From the IMG/VR virus record IMGVR_UViG_2531839130_000015: a DNA stretch of 38,838 nucleotides; one strand, 5' to 3'. This DNA comes from a virus. Its lineage: Duplodnaviria > Heunggongvirae > Uroviricota > Caudoviricetes. Position 1 is the stretch's first letter, and every line of letters begins with the position of its first letter. The notes under the pieces are model-generated. The model saw only the letters and a list, made by a program, of their open reading frames with translations, was not told the origin of the DNA and searched no databases. A program made the translations under genes and the position numbers. This document shows, one piece after another, positions 28,626 to 38,363 of the stretch.

Positions 28626-29659
28626 TGAGCAAGAAAAAAGGGAAAACACCGCAACCTGCGGCAAAAAAAATGACCGCCAGCGCCCCGAAAATGGAGGCAT
28701 TCACCTTTGGTGAGCCGGTGCCGGTACTCGACCGCCGTGACATTCTGGATTACGTCGAGTGCATCAGTAACGGCAGATGGTATGAGCCACCGGTCAGCTT
28801 TACCGGTCTGGCAAAAAGCCTGCGTGCTGCCGTGCATCACAGCTCACCGATTTACGTCAAACGTAATATTCTGGCCTCAACGTTTATCCCGCACCCGTGG
28901 CTTTCCCAGCAGGATTTCAGCCGTTTTGTGCTGGATTTTCTGGTGTTCGGTAATGCGTTTCTGGAAAAGCGTTACAGCACCACCGGTAAGGTAATCAGAC
29001 TGGAAACCTCACCGGCCAAATATACCCGTCGTGGCGTGGAGGAGGATGTTTACTGGTGGGTGCCGTCCTTCAACGAGCCGACAGCCTTCGCGCCCGGCTC
29101 CGTGTTTCACCTGCTGGAGCCCGATATTAATCAGGAGCTGTACGGCCTGCCGGAATATCTCAGCGCCCTTAACTCTGCCTGGCTGAATGAGTCGGCCACG
29201 CTGTTCCGCCGCAAGTATTACGAAAACGGCGCACATGCCGGATACATCATGTACGTTACCGATGCCGTGCAGGATCGCAACGATATCGAAATGCTTCGCG
29301 AAAACATGGTTAAGTCGAAAGGCCGCAATAACTTTAAAAATCTGTTTCTCTATGCCCCGCAGGGGAAAGCCGACGGCATTAAAATTATCCCCCTCAGTGA
29401 AGTGGCAACGAAGGACGATTTTTTTAATATCAAAAAAGCCAGCGCCGCTGACCTGCTGGACGCGCACCGTATCCCCTTTCAGTTGATGGGCGGCAAGCCG
29501 GAGAACGTCGGGTCACTGGGAGATATTGAGAAAGTGGCAAAGGTCTTTGTCCGCAATGAGCTTATCCCGTTACAGGACAGAATTCGGGAAATAAACGGCT
29601 GGCTCGGTCAGGAGGTCATCCGCTTTAAAAACTACTCACTGGACACTGACAACGGCTGA
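28625..29659 (+). CDS. Q: Portal protein Q (344 aa)
   Basis: Size and synteny with P2 gpQ; start overlaps P stop. Confidence 0.9.
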   Translation: MSKKKGKTPQPAAKKMTASAPKMEAFTFGEPVPVLDRRDILDYVECISNGRWYEPPVSFTGLAKSLRAAVHHSSPIYVKRNILASTFIPHPWLSQQDFSRFVLDFLVFGNAFLEKRYSTTGKVIRLETSPAKYTRRGVEEDVYWWVPSFNEPTAFAPGSVFHLLEPDINQELYGLPEYLSALNSAWLNESATLFRRKYYENGAHAGYIMYVTDAVQDRNDIEMLRENMVKSKGRNNFKNLFLYAPQGKADGIKIIPLSEVATKDDFFNIKKASAADLLDAHRIPFQLMGGKPENVGSLGDIEKVAKVFVRNELIPLQDRIREINGWLGQEVIRFKNYSLDTDNG

Positions 29660-29661
29660 AC

Positions 29662-29695
29662 ATCGCCGCCTGCGGGCGGCTTTTTTACACCCCGT
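29662..29695 (+). terminator. Intrinsic terminator after Q
   Basis: GCCGCCtgcgGGCGGC followed by TTTTTT. Confidence 0.7.
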
Positions 29696-29828
29696 CATCA
29701 CGCCCTCACACGCTCACCACTGCACAAAACACCCCGCAGACACACCAACGCCCCAGCAGGCCAAGTAAACACCTTCACGACGCGCTCAGACGCTGAAAAA
29801 ATAAAATCAGCACCACCGCCAGCGCGCA

Positions 29829-29847
29829 GTGCTTTCCCCGCCTCGCC
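29829..29847. other. cos site (19-nt cohesive end sequence), internal to the prophage
   Basis: gtgctttccccgcctcgcc is the reverse complement of the recalled P2 cohesive end GGCGAGGCGGGGAAAGCAC; located between Q and the tin/old-position cargo as expected. Confidence 0.7.
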
Positions 29848-29990
29848 CGCCCGCTTCATGGGGCGGTTTTAATGCAGGTGCATCATCCCCCCCCGGCAAG
29901 CGCCTGTTCTGGTGCTCGCTGTCAAAAGATATATTTGAAAATGAATGCAAATTTATGCACCTAATGCAGGCGAGGCTAAAAAGAACATCT

Positions 29991-31313
29991 TTAGTTTGTT
30001 TTTTTAACTCCACTGTATTCCGCTATCATCCTCTCAACCGCTGGAAGCAACTCAGCAGGAACGCAAATAGACCTATCTGCCTTTCCAACATCTTTTGGCG
30101 TTTTGTAAGTACCATTATAATTAAGGACGCATTCTTTAAGAATTTCAAAAAGAGAAACAATAGGGTCCACGCCATAGCTATCAATAAACTTTCGATAGCT
30201 ATCATTATCAGATAACGATGAAATATCTCCATGAACAAACTTACACCTAAGCTCATAGATTATTCCTATTTTTGAATCAATATCAATAATTTTCGCCGCA
30301 TCTCTGCAAACACCGCCAACAATTGAATTTTTATTACCATTATTGGTTCCATACATAGCATCCAATGCTATAAATTGATTCAAAAACCTTTCACGTTTGT
30401 CATCCCTCCACCCGTGCGCTATAAAGGAAAGAGCAGACAACATCCTTTTATCAGGTGATGAAAGTATTTTTGTAAGTATCGCCAAGGCTGAATCCGTTAT
30501 ATTTAAATTATATACAGACGGAATATTCACCCGAAACTCACTTTCATGATATTTCCCGACACCAAAAGACTCAACTAGATTATTAACAGCAACTCGATTA
30601 ATCGCAAAAGGATTATCAACCGCAAGACATAAAGCTCCAAACAAACTATCAAACATTTTCACCGCTTTATCCTCTGATGAAGCATATGCCACCACCAAGC
30701 AGGATTTTGACTGTCGAAAATATTTCCCAATTGGTTTATGCCGCATATATTCATCATCATAAAAATCAACAGGAACCTTGATGTCAGTTTTGTCTTTAAT
30801 ATCAGAAAGTAATTCCACCCCTAGCCCCGGGCCATATAAAAATAAATTTTCTCTAAGCTCAAGCTTCCCATCAAAGCCAGCACACCCAAGATTATAAATA
30901 TACGGACAGGATTTTATTCGTGAAAGTATATAATACTTAAACATCTCACTAAGATTTTTTCTATGAACTTGCGTTATAATATCATCAACACAAATCTTAT
31001 CAGGATTAAGCGACAGAAAATCAGCATCAATGCGATTGAAGGCTTCAGAACAAAAACCTAACAATAATCTTTTCGCATTGTGAAGGTCACTTATACCTAA
31101 TTGGGGGCCATATGCTTTTAATAACCTACTAGCACATTTTGCAATCTCCTCATCATTATATGCAAGCCAAAAAACAAAATCTTCTAATGCTTTACCGACT
31201 TGAATACAAGGCTGCTCCTTACCATGACTATAAAAAAAACTTTTGCATAATTTGTTTATCATGCCATTAGAGAACGCAACCTTCATAGATACTTCATCCC
31301 TTAACGCACTCAT
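29991..31313 (-). CDS. AT-rich cargo protein (440 aa), unknown function, at the P2 orf91/tin/old position; possible C-terminal HEPN-like R-x4-H motif
   Basis: Clean ORF with AAGGA Shine-Dalgarno about 9 nt upstream; same orientation as gene A, between A and cos; motif ELRCKFVHGD; no Walker or other catalytic motif recognised. Confidence 0.6.
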   Translation of the reverse strand: MSALRDEVSMKVAFSNGMINKLCKSFFYSHGKEQPCIQVGKALEDFVFWLAYNDEEIAKCASRLLKAYGPQLGISDLHNAKRLLLGFCSEAFNRIDADFLSLNPDKICVDDIITQVHRKNLSEMFKYYILSRIKSCPYIYNLGCAGFDGKLELRENLFLYGPGLGVELLSDIKDKTDIKVPVDFYDDEYMRHKPIGKYFRQSKSCLVVAYASSEDKAVKMFDSLFGALCLAVDNPFAINRVAVNNLVESFGVGKYHESEFRVNIPSVYNLNITDSALAILTKILSSPDKRMLSALSFIAHGWRDDKRERFLNQFIALDAMYGTNNGNKNSIVGGVCRDAAKIIDIDSKIGIIYELRCKFVHGDISSLSDNDSYRKFIDSYGVDPIVSLFEILKECVLNYNGTYKTPKDVGKADRSICVPAELLPAVERMIAEYSGVKKTN

Positions 31314-31396
31314 CGATAATAATTCCTTATAAGTTATTAATGCACGACTACTAAAGCATTGCTTCAGATTTGTTAATGTATCATGATGACATCAGT

Positions 31397-33670
31397 TTAA
31401 GAAAACATCACCCAGTCGTCTTTTACAGCATAACTAAACCGCTCACCGTCATAAATTACTGTTGCCCCGCGCGCCAACGCCTCAAGCTCCCATCGCTGCG
31501 GCCTGATACCGTTCTGAGCAAGGTCAACGCGGATACGGGTAATTTGCATTCTTTCCGACCGGGTCAGTCTGGCCGATGGTGCAATTTCATGTGGTTTTAA
31601 CGGGCTTCCGTTTCTTTGCTGACGATTTGGCGTTCTCAGGCCGTGTTTTAATGCGCCCCTGAGCGCCCTAACAACCTCCGGGTCATTCCATTCTATAACC
31701 CCGTCATCAACCAGATTAAGCACTGCTGCAGCGTGCTCAGACGGTGTGGGAGCCTGTAATGAAGTATCACCACCGGTGAGCTTTCCACAGTTATTGACAG
31801 GACTCCGAGGCGCGGCGATGCCGCTTTTTAAAGTCAAAGGCTCAACGACCGGAACTTTCGGAACAATGCGCCAGTCCGTCGTTCTGGTGATATGAATATG
31901 ACGCGCGCCGAGATGCGGCGCGTAAATGCCGACCACTCTCTCGACTTCTTCCTCGTACTCGTTAACTTCATCCGACGGGCTACGGGCAACCCTGACAGTC
32001 TGACAATCGCGCGGGACATTTGCCCCACCCTGCGCGCTGATATACAACGCAAAATCACCACTGTCTGCGGCGGCGCGTGCAGCCTCGACGCGCTCGTCAA
32101 ACTCATCAGCAATGCTGACGCCGCTAGGCAATTTGCGTAGTTCACGGTAAGCCCCCATTGTCGGCAGGCCAACCGTTTTAAATTGTGGGATACGCCACGT
32201 TGACGCCCATGCGGTAACAGCCGCTGCAGTATCTTTCAGCGGCTTGCCGGTATCGTTATCGAGCTGACCATCCAGTGCATAGCCGTCGATGTTTTTTGAA
32301 ATGTATTTCGCGATATACCCCGCAGCACCGCCCCGGTTAAGATGTTTTGCCTGAAAACGGTTTCGCGCAGCTCCTCTTTCGTCGCCATCCTCTTTGAGCG
32401 CGTAGCGACGCATGATTTCAATAATCTGGTTACGCTGGCGTGGATTACAAAAAAGCATCATATGCCAGTGCGGCGTTCCGTCGTGGTGTGGCTCGACGAC
32501 TCGCAAACCGTAGACCTGTAAATCATTATCCTTGAATGCCGTGCGCATCAGGCTCCAGATACGGCAGAGATATCGCTGCGCATCCTTTGGATTAAATGCC
32601 TCATCATTCCAGCCGTGATTAAGCTGGACGGTTTTACTTTCGCCTTTTCCGACCTGACGTGTCGGGTGATACTTTGACGGCGCGGTCAGCGTGATAAACA
32701 TCCCCACATCGCCCTCTGCGGCGGCGTAACGCTCAATACCGGCAATGGTGTTCATCAGCTCCATCCGGCGAATTTCAGGATTAGAAATACTGCCCATCAC
32801 CTTACTGATAAGGTCGATGCGCTCGCCGGTTTCCCTGTTTTCAAGGTCACACGATTTAAGAAATTCCAGATTTGCCTGGCGGCGCGCACGCACATCACGA
32901 ATGGCATGTTTACTGGCATAAGGAGAACGGTCTTTATTCACCTCCCCGACAGCAATCAGTAACGCCTCATGCCAGCGCATACGCTGGCCTTTAAGCTGAC
33001 TAATCCACCACTCATCGTTAAACAGGCGGGCAATGGCAGAATATGCCTGCCTCGTGGTCATCTGTCCTTTACGGTATTTTTTCCAGAAAAGCGGGGAAAT
33101 ATTGAAAGCACGTGCAGCGCCAGCAACATGACCATACAGATGCGCCTGCGCCTCATCTGTAAACAGCGATTCTTTCTCGCCATGTGCATCAACCCAGGCA
33201 TCGCAGAGTTCCTCATACATCATGAAAAGCTGCGATGAAATACGGGCGGCAAACTTTTTCAGCTCCTTGTCATTCATCCCCGGCAGACGCGCATAATGGT
33301 CACGCTCTGCCAGAAACAGCAACGACGCGTCGGTGTTCATTTCATGGCGCTGATTCACGCGCTCAATACGCGGCCATAAACGGCGCTGAAAAGTGGATGT
33401 GAGGAAATAAAACCCGTGTAGCGGGCTTTTATTGCGCCGTATGTAGTCATAACGTGAAGTAAACAGCGAGCGCAAAAAGTAAGGCAGGCGGTTAATCGTG
33501 GATAAAACACCTTGCACCTGACGCATCTCGTCACGTGTAAGGGGTCTTTCGCGCCCGACAGCCTCGCGTGGCGTATTCCATGCATAAGCACCGGTAAACG
33601 CCTTACCGGTGCCTGCGGCAAACGCAGACGGAGGTACGCAGGTGTATTGCTCCTGGAAAGAATGACTCAT
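31397..33670 (-). CDS. A: Replication initiation endonuclease A (757 aa)
   Basis: Sequence matches recalled P2 gpA (rolling-circle initiator, about 761 aa). Confidence 0.9.
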   Translation of the reverse strand: MSHSFQEQYTCVPPSAFAAGTGKAFTGAYAWNTPREAVGRERPLTRDEMRQVQGVLSTINRLPYFLRSLFTSRYDYIRRNKSPLHGFYFLTSTFQRRLWPRIERVNQRHEMNTDASLLFLAERDHYARLPGMNDKELKKFAARISSQLFMMYEELCDAWVDAHGEKESLFTDEAQAHLYGHVAGAARAFNISPLFWKKYRKGQMTTRQAYSAIARLFNDEWWISQLKGQRMRWHEALLIAVGEVNKDRSPYASKHAIRDVRARRQANLEFLKSCDLENRETGERIDLISKVMGSISNPEIRRMELMNTIAGIERYAAAEGDVGMFITLTAPSKYHPTRQVGKGESKTVQLNHGWNDEAFNPKDAQRYLCRIWSLMRTAFKDNDLQVYGLRVVEPHHDGTPHWHMMLFCNPRQRNQIIEIMRRYALKEDGDERGAARNRFQAKHLNRGGAAGYIAKYISKNIDGYALDGQLDNDTGKPLKDTAAAVTAWASTWRIPQFKTVGLPTMGAYRELRKLPSGVSIADEFDERVEAARAAADSGDFALYISAQGGANVPRDCQTVRVARSPSDEVNEYEEEVERVVGIYAPHLGARHIHITRTTDWRIVPKVPVVEPLTLKSGIAAPRSPVNNCGKLTGGDTSLQAPTPSEHAAAVLNLVDDGVIEWNDPEVVRALRGALKHGLRTPNRQQRNGSPLKPHEIAPSARLTRSERMQITRIRVDLAQNGIRPQRWELEALARGATVIYDGERFSYAVKDDWVMFS

Positions 33671-34674
33671 TCACATACACCGGCATAGACACTACTGCAA
33701 ACGGCTTTATCATTCGCCGAAGCCAGTAAATCAAACTGAGTACCCCCACGCGTTGTCATTGTCCAGTCATGGTAGGTTTCAATTCCGTATGCCTCGACTG
33801 TTACAACCTCAATACGACGTTCTGCGCGTAACGGATCATGTGTGGATGGGAAAAAAGTGGAATTTCCCCGACGGGAGCACGACGCAACCAGTCGTTCCCA
33901 TTCAGCAACCCGCTTTATTTCCTCCGGCCACCGGCGAAAAATTTCTGCCAGTTCAGATTTACGGACATGAATACATGGCATACAACCAACACGGCCACAC
34001 CCCTGCTGATATAACGGATTTGGCTTAATGTCATGTCTTCTGGCTATTGCAAATACATCTTCATGCTTCCAGTGCAAAATCGGGCGATATACATGCAATC
34101 CGGGGGTGTTGTCTGCATCCTCTTCCCAGACAGGTAAAGCTGCGCGTGATGGCGATTCCTGAGCACGCACTCCCTGCCAGCTAATCACTTCCTCAAATTC
34201 ATTGAGTAAAGGCAGGATTACCTGAGAACGCACGGGTTCATGTTTCAGTTCAAATGTGCAAAATCTGGCTTTGGTTGATGGGAAACGCCCCTTCCACAGA
34301 CACAAATCAAGAAACGGGATACCCGTTGGTTTGAGAATTTCCAGCGCACAACTGATGCGCTGGTGCGCTTCTTCTTCCGACATTCCACAATCGTTAACCA
34401 ACAAATCAGGCCATTTGGTCTGGATAAACTTGCGCTTTGATTCAATCCGGCAGGAAAAATCAGCCCTGACCCTTTTAATTGGGCCAAGCCGTTTTTCCAG
34501 ATAATCCAGATATTTCATTGTCTGTGGATGTTCATGTCCCGTATCAGCAAAAACCGGCAATATGGGTACATTTTCTTCAATAGCGACAAGCCACTGAGCA
34601 AGGCTGTCCTTTCCACCTGAAACAAAAATAACATTGATGGTATTTTCAGTATGGCAACGAGCATCAGTAATCAT
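33667..34674 (-). CDS. PAPS-reductase-like PP-loop ATP pyrophosphatase family protein (335 aa) with a C-terminal Cys cluster
   Basis: PP-loop motif VIFVSGGKDSLA; cysteine cluster GCGRVGCMPC; stop overlaps the ATG of gene A. Confidence 0.7.
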   Translation of the reverse strand: MITDARCHTENTINVIFVSGGKDSLAQWLVAIEENVPILPVFADTGHEHPQTMKYLDYLEKRLGPIKRVRADFSCRIESKRKFIQTKWPDLLVNDCGMSEEEAHQRISCALEILKPTGIPFLDLCLWKGRFPSTKARFCTFELKHEPVRSQVILPLLNEFEEVISWQGVRAQESPSRAALPVWEEDADNTPGLHVYRPILHWKHEDVFAIARRHDIKPNPLYQQGCGRVGCMPCIHVRKSELAEIFRRWPEEIKRVAEWERLVASCSRRGNSTFFPSTHDPLRAERRIEVVTVEAYGIETYHDWTMTTRGGTQFDLLASANDKAVCSSVYAGVCE

Positions 34675-34949
34675 TCAGACGCTCCTCTGGAGAACGCCTC
34701 TGAACAACGCTTGCTGAGCTGCTCAACCTGCGTGTTTAAATCGGCAAAAGATTTTGCGCTTCCGGTCAGAATATCGTGATGCATCAGGCCGGAAACGAGC
34801 TGGCTTAATTTCGGATAATAACCAACCACCGCCAGCCATTCCTGACCGGCGTTTTTACCGCTTTCCGCTCTCTTTTTCTCGTGGAGAATAAACTGAAAGC
34901 TGTCACTGGTAACGACATAACGTTCGCCAATTTCAATACGAATACTCAT
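34671..34949 (-). CDS. Early-operon small protein (92 aa), function unknown
   Basis: Overlapping start/stop coupling within the B-to-A early operon. Confidence 0.5.
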   Translation of the reverse strand: MSIRIEIGERYVVTSDSFQFILHEKKRAESGKNAGQEWLAVVGYYPKLSQLVSGLMHHDILTGSAKSFADLNTQVEQLSKRCSEAFSRGASE

Positions 34950-35170
34950 GCCGTTCTCCGGTAATGCTTGTTTTTTGCTTCAAAGACTGACTGGCAGGAA
35001 ACACAACGCGTGGCTGACGGATAAGCCGCACGACGGGCAGCAGGTATTGGCGCGTCACACTCTTCGCAAACCAGCGCAGAAACACCGCAATGTTTTACCC
35101 TTGCCGCGTTAATCTGGCGCTCCAGTAATTCAGCCTGTTGTTCCTGAATAAAATCTACGTTGTCCGGCAT
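34946..35170 (-). CDS. DksA/TraR-family C4 zinc-finger protein (74 aa)
   Basis: CxxC...CxxC pattern (CEECDAPIP...CVSCQ) typical of TraR-like proteins; similar protein recalled in the P2 early operon. Confidence 0.7.
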   Translation of the reverse strand: MPDNVDFIQEQQAELLERQINAARVKHCGVSALVCEECDAPIPAARRAAYPSATRCVSCQSVFEAKNKHYRRTA

Positions 35171-35475
35171 TACCAGCTCCTTTTGTCGTTCAGCTTCTTA
35201 AATTCATCAGCGCAATAACTGGCGATTTCTGTCGTTAATTTCGTCAGTTCATCCACTGAGGAAATTTGCTTGTGGAATACAGCGCGTTTAACAAGTAAAT
35301 TGACCACATCAGACAGGAGGTTTAATTCATTCTGATAAATCGCGATAACAGATTCAGTGATGTCGCGTTTTTCTTTATCAAGACAAAGTTGAATAAGAGA
35401 CAAATCACCATTTTCCATAACGGCGATTTTTAAGGCGTTATTCAGTAATACAACTGAATGAGAACAGGACATCAA
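35170..35475 (-). CDS. Early-operon small protein (101 aa), function unknown
   Basis: Translationally coupled ORF in the early operon. Confidence 0.5.
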   Translation of the reverse strand: MMSCSHSVVLLNNALKIAVMENGDLSLIQLCLDKEKRDITESVIAIYQNELNLLSDVVNLLVKRAVFHKQISSVDELTKLTTEIASYCADEFKKLNDKRSW

Positions 35476-35729
35476 AGTACCTCCCCGCGAGACAATCCGA
35501 TATTGTGAAATTTTTCCGACTCCTGACTGAGCAGCTCAACTATCTCCACGCGGGATAACTCCGCCTTTGTGATGTGGCGAATCATGGCGTCAAGATGAGA
35601 AGAAAAGCGCGTCGCCGCGTCGGCCTGTGCTTCGGTTCTGGCCTGTTGCAGCAGTAATGCGTATTTACCGCACTGATTTTCAGAAACTGTATGCATGACT
35701 TTCTCCAGGCAAAAAGAAGCCCCGCACAA
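35472..35729 (-). CDS. Early-operon small protein (85 aa), function unknown
   Basis: Translationally coupled ORF in the early operon. Confidence 0.5.
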   Translation of the reverse strand: MCGASFCLEKVMHTVSENQCGKYALLLQQARTEAQADAATRFSSHLDAMIRHITKAELSRVEIVELLSQESEKFHNIGLSRGEVL

Positions 35730-35759
35730 TTAAGTGCGTTAAAAACTCTGGTTAATTAC

Positions 35760-36266
35760 TTAATGCAGATATTGCTCTGGTTTTACCGACGTCAGAATTG
35801 TCGGTGCATACTCAAACAGGCTGAATAATTCACGTAATGCACGGAATAAAGCATCACGCCAGTAACATGACTCTTCATTAATTCGCCAGTATGGCTGGTT
35901 GAATTCTTTTTCAGTCAATCCGGCATGCATAAATAAAGTACGACGCTGACTGACTGTTAAAAAACTAATATATGCATACTCACTTGCACCGACCTGACGG
36001 CGTTTTGAGAATGCCCCACGCAATTCATCAATTGCACAAACCAGCCGTTCACGTTCGACGTCGTTCATTTCTTCAAAACGCATCGTTGCGTGACGTTGTT
36101 TTAACTGCGCATGAAAGCAAACTGTTAGCCGTTCGCGCTCCATCATCTGATTATAATAATCACATGTATCCTGCCAGCGAGGAACGGCAAGATGCTTACC
36201 AATTATCCGGCGCATGGTTGCTGGCTGTTTTTCAACGAGATTGAGCGTCATCACTGTCATTTCCAT
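35760..36266 (-). CDS. B: Replication protein B (helicase loader), about 166-168 aa
   Basis: MTVMTLNLVEKQPA.MRRIIGKHLAVPRWQDTCDYYNQMMERERLTV matches recalled P2 gpB; true start may be 2 codons downstream of the track start. Confidence 0.85.
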   Translation of the reverse strand: MEMTVMTLNLVEKQPATMRRIIGKHLAVPRWQDTCDYYNQMMERERLTVCFHAQLKQRHATMRFEEMNDVERERLVCAIDELRGAFSKRRQVGASEYAYISFLTVSQRRTLFMHAGLTEKEFNQPYWRINEESCYWRDALFRALRELFSLFEYAPTILTSVKPEQYLH

Positions 36267-36451
36267 ACCCTCCGGCTTTTCAGAAAGGTCAGAGCCTTTT
36301 TTAACGGACTCTGTTTTTTGGTGCGGATAATGATTCCCTTACGCCCCTTACCGTGGGTGATGGTGAAGTCAATCGCCCTGGGGCTTTCGTTACGCAGTAA
36401 CTGAGCAATACAACGAGGCTCACTCATACGGTTCTCCTTAACGTGGTTCAC
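36257..36451 (-). CDS. Small ORF between cox and B (orf78-like), uncertain
   Basis: Position corresponds to the small ORF between cox and B in P2; internal AAGGAG then ATG (MSEPRC...) suggests a shorter product; my manual coordinate count here disagreed with the track by 1 nt. Confidence 0.35.
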   Translation of the reverse strand: MNHVKENRMSEPRCIAQLLRNESPRAIDFTITHGKGRKGIIIRTKKQSPLKKALTFLKSRRVWK

Positions 36452-36713
36452 CGAGACCTAACCACATCAACCAGCCGTCACGAATCTCTTTAGGGCGGCT
36501 TTCATAAGCCAGTTTTAGTCCATTATTCCATGCCGGAAGGTATACCCAATATTCACCTGCACGACCTGAAGCTGATTGTGGATCGGTCATATCAATTACA
36601 GGCAGCTTTCCTTTATCGATCATCCGACGAACCGCTCCTGTCGATTTTCCTATTAGTTTTGCGAACTCCTGATAAGGAATCGCATCAGTCATGAGTGTTA
36701 CTTGCTTGCTCAT
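36438..36713 (-). CDS. cox: Cox, excisionase and repressor of the lysogenic promoter (91 aa)
   Basis: MSKQVTLMTDAIPYQEFAKLIGKSTGAVRRMIDKGKLPVIDMTD matches recalled P2 Cox. Confidence 0.9.
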   Translation of the reverse strand: MSKQVTLMTDAIPYQEFAKLIGKSTGAVRRMIDKGKLPVIDMTDPQSASGRAGEYWVYLPAWNNGLKLAYESRPKEIRDGWLMWLGLGEPR

Positions 36714-36827
36714 GTCGTCCCCCAGCCCTCATGAATTGCGTTTAATGCCTTATAATGCCTTTTAGTGCCCACATCCAAGCACTAAACAATCTACATCTAA
36801 ACTAAATACTATTGAGATCTAAACACT
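36714..36827. promoter_or_regulatory. Immunity switch region: divergent early (cox side) and lysogenic (C side) promoters with direct-repeat operator half-sites
   Basis: ATCTAAAC occurs twice in direct orientation about 22 bp apart (acATCTAAACtaaatactattgagATCTAAACac), consistent with P2 C-repressor operators. Confidence 0.65.
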
Positions 36828-37127
36828 ATGTCAAACACGATAAGCGAGAAGATAGTCTTAATGCGAAAATCAGAGTATTTGAGCAGACAACAACTTGCTG
36901 ATTTAACAGGGGTACCGTATGGCACGCTGAGTTACTATGAAAGTGGTCGTTCAACACCTCCAACAGATGTCATGATGAACATCCTGCAGACCCCACAATT
37001 CACCAAATACACTTTATGGTTCATGACCAATCAGGTCGCTCCTGAGTCCGGGCAAATTGCGCCCGCTCTCGCACACTTTGGGCAAAACGAAACAACGTCG
37101 CCCCACTCCGGTCAAAAGACTGGTTAA
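36828..37127 (+). CDS. C: Immunity repressor C (99 aa)
   Basis: MSNTISEKIVLMRKSEYLSRQQLADLTGVPYGTLSYYESGRS matches recalled P2 C. Confidence 0.9.
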   Translation: MSNTISEKIVLMRKSEYLSRQQLADLTGVPYGTLSYYESGRSTPPTDVMMNILQTPQFTKYTLWFMTNQVAPESGQIAPALAHFGQNETTSPHSGQKTG

Positions 37128-37242
37128 CAATTCATCGTGAATATATTCATCACAAGTGCCTACTATTGGTGGCTAAATTTCAGCCACCACGAAAAAAGCG
37201 ATTAGTAGTCGCAAAAAAACACACCACTCGGAGGGTTTTCTG

Positions 37243-38256
37243 ATGGCAATCAAAAAACTCGATGATGGTCGATATGAAGTGGACATCCGCCCTACTGGAC
37301 GTAATGGAAAACGCATCCGTAGGAAGTTTGATAAGAAAAGCGAAGCTGTCGCTTTCGAGAAATACACGTTGTACAACCACCACAATAAAGAATGGCTATC
37401 AAAACCAACAGACAAGCGACGTCTGTCGGAGCTGACACAGATCTGGTGGGATTTAAAGGGTAAACACGAAGAGCATGGGAAATCTAATCTTGGAAAAATT
37501 GAAATCTTCACAAAAATAACGAATGACCCATGCGCATTTCAAATTACGAAATCGCTTATCAGCCAGTACTGCGCCACCCGAAGAAGTCAGGGTATTAAAC
37601 CTTCGAGTATCAATCGTGATTTAACATGTATTAGCGGCATGTTTACAGCCCTGATTGAAGCGGAGTTATTCTTTGGTGAGCACCCTATCAGAGGGACAAA
37701 AAGGCTTAAGGAGGAAAAACCAGACACAGGCTATCTCACGCAGGAAGAAATTGCCTTACTGCTTGCTGCTCTTGACGGCGACAACAAAAAGATTGCGATT
37801 CTTTGCCTGAGCACTGGAGCACGTTGGGGAGAAGCAGCTCGTTTGAAAGCAGAAAATATCATCCATAACCGCGTCACGTTTGTTAAAACGAAAACAAACA
37901 AACCACGCACCGTCCCGATCTCAGAGGCTGTTGCCAAAATGATCGCGGATAACAAACGAGGTTTTTTATTCCCTGATGCTGATTACCCTCGCTTCAGACG
38001 AACAATGAAAGCAATAAAACCGGATTTGCCAATGGGGCAAGCCACACATGCACTAAGGCACAGCTTTGCCACTCATTTCATGATTAATGGAGGAAGTATT
38101 ATCACGCTACAACGGATACTAGGTCACACGCGGATTGAGCAAACTATGGTTTACGCTCATTTTGCGCCAGAGTACCTTCAGGACGCCATTTCTCTTAATC
38201 CGCTAAGAGGTGGTACTGAGGCCGAGAGTGTCCACACAGTGTCCACAGTAGAGTAA
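37243..38256 (+). CDS. int: Tyrosine integrase Int (337 aa)
   Basis: P2 Int-like sequence with C-terminal R...HxxR...Y catalytic pattern (ALRHSFATH ... MVYAHF); directly upstream of the att core. Confidence 0.9.
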   Translation: MAIKKLDDGRYEVDIRPTGRNGKRIRRKFDKKSEAVAFEKYTLYNHHNKEWLSKPTDKRRLSELTQIWWDLKGKHEEHGKSNLGKIEIFTKITNDPCAFQITKSLISQYCATRRSQGIKPSSINRDLTCISGMFTALIEAELFFGEHPIRGTKRLKEEKPDTGYLTQEEIALLLAALDGDNKKIAILCLSTGARWGEAARLKAENIIHNRVTFVKTKTNKPRTVPISEAVAKMIADNKRGFLFPDADYPRFRRTMKAIKPDLPMGQATHALRHSFATHFMINGGSIITLQRILGHTRIEQTMVYAHFAPEYLQDAISLNPLRGGTEAESVHTVSTVE

Positions 38257-38336
38257 CGTTTAAGGGCTTTCAGTGGTAATTTATGCCGCTCAAACCCGCA
38301 TTGTACCGTTGAAAGCCCCTACTGGTGACACCCTAA

Positions 38337-38363
38337 ATCTCCCTTACACGGGCTTATTTTTTA
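38337..38363. other. Prophage attachment site core, int-proximal copy
   Basis: Exact second copy of aatctcccttacacgggcttatttttta. Confidence 0.8.
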
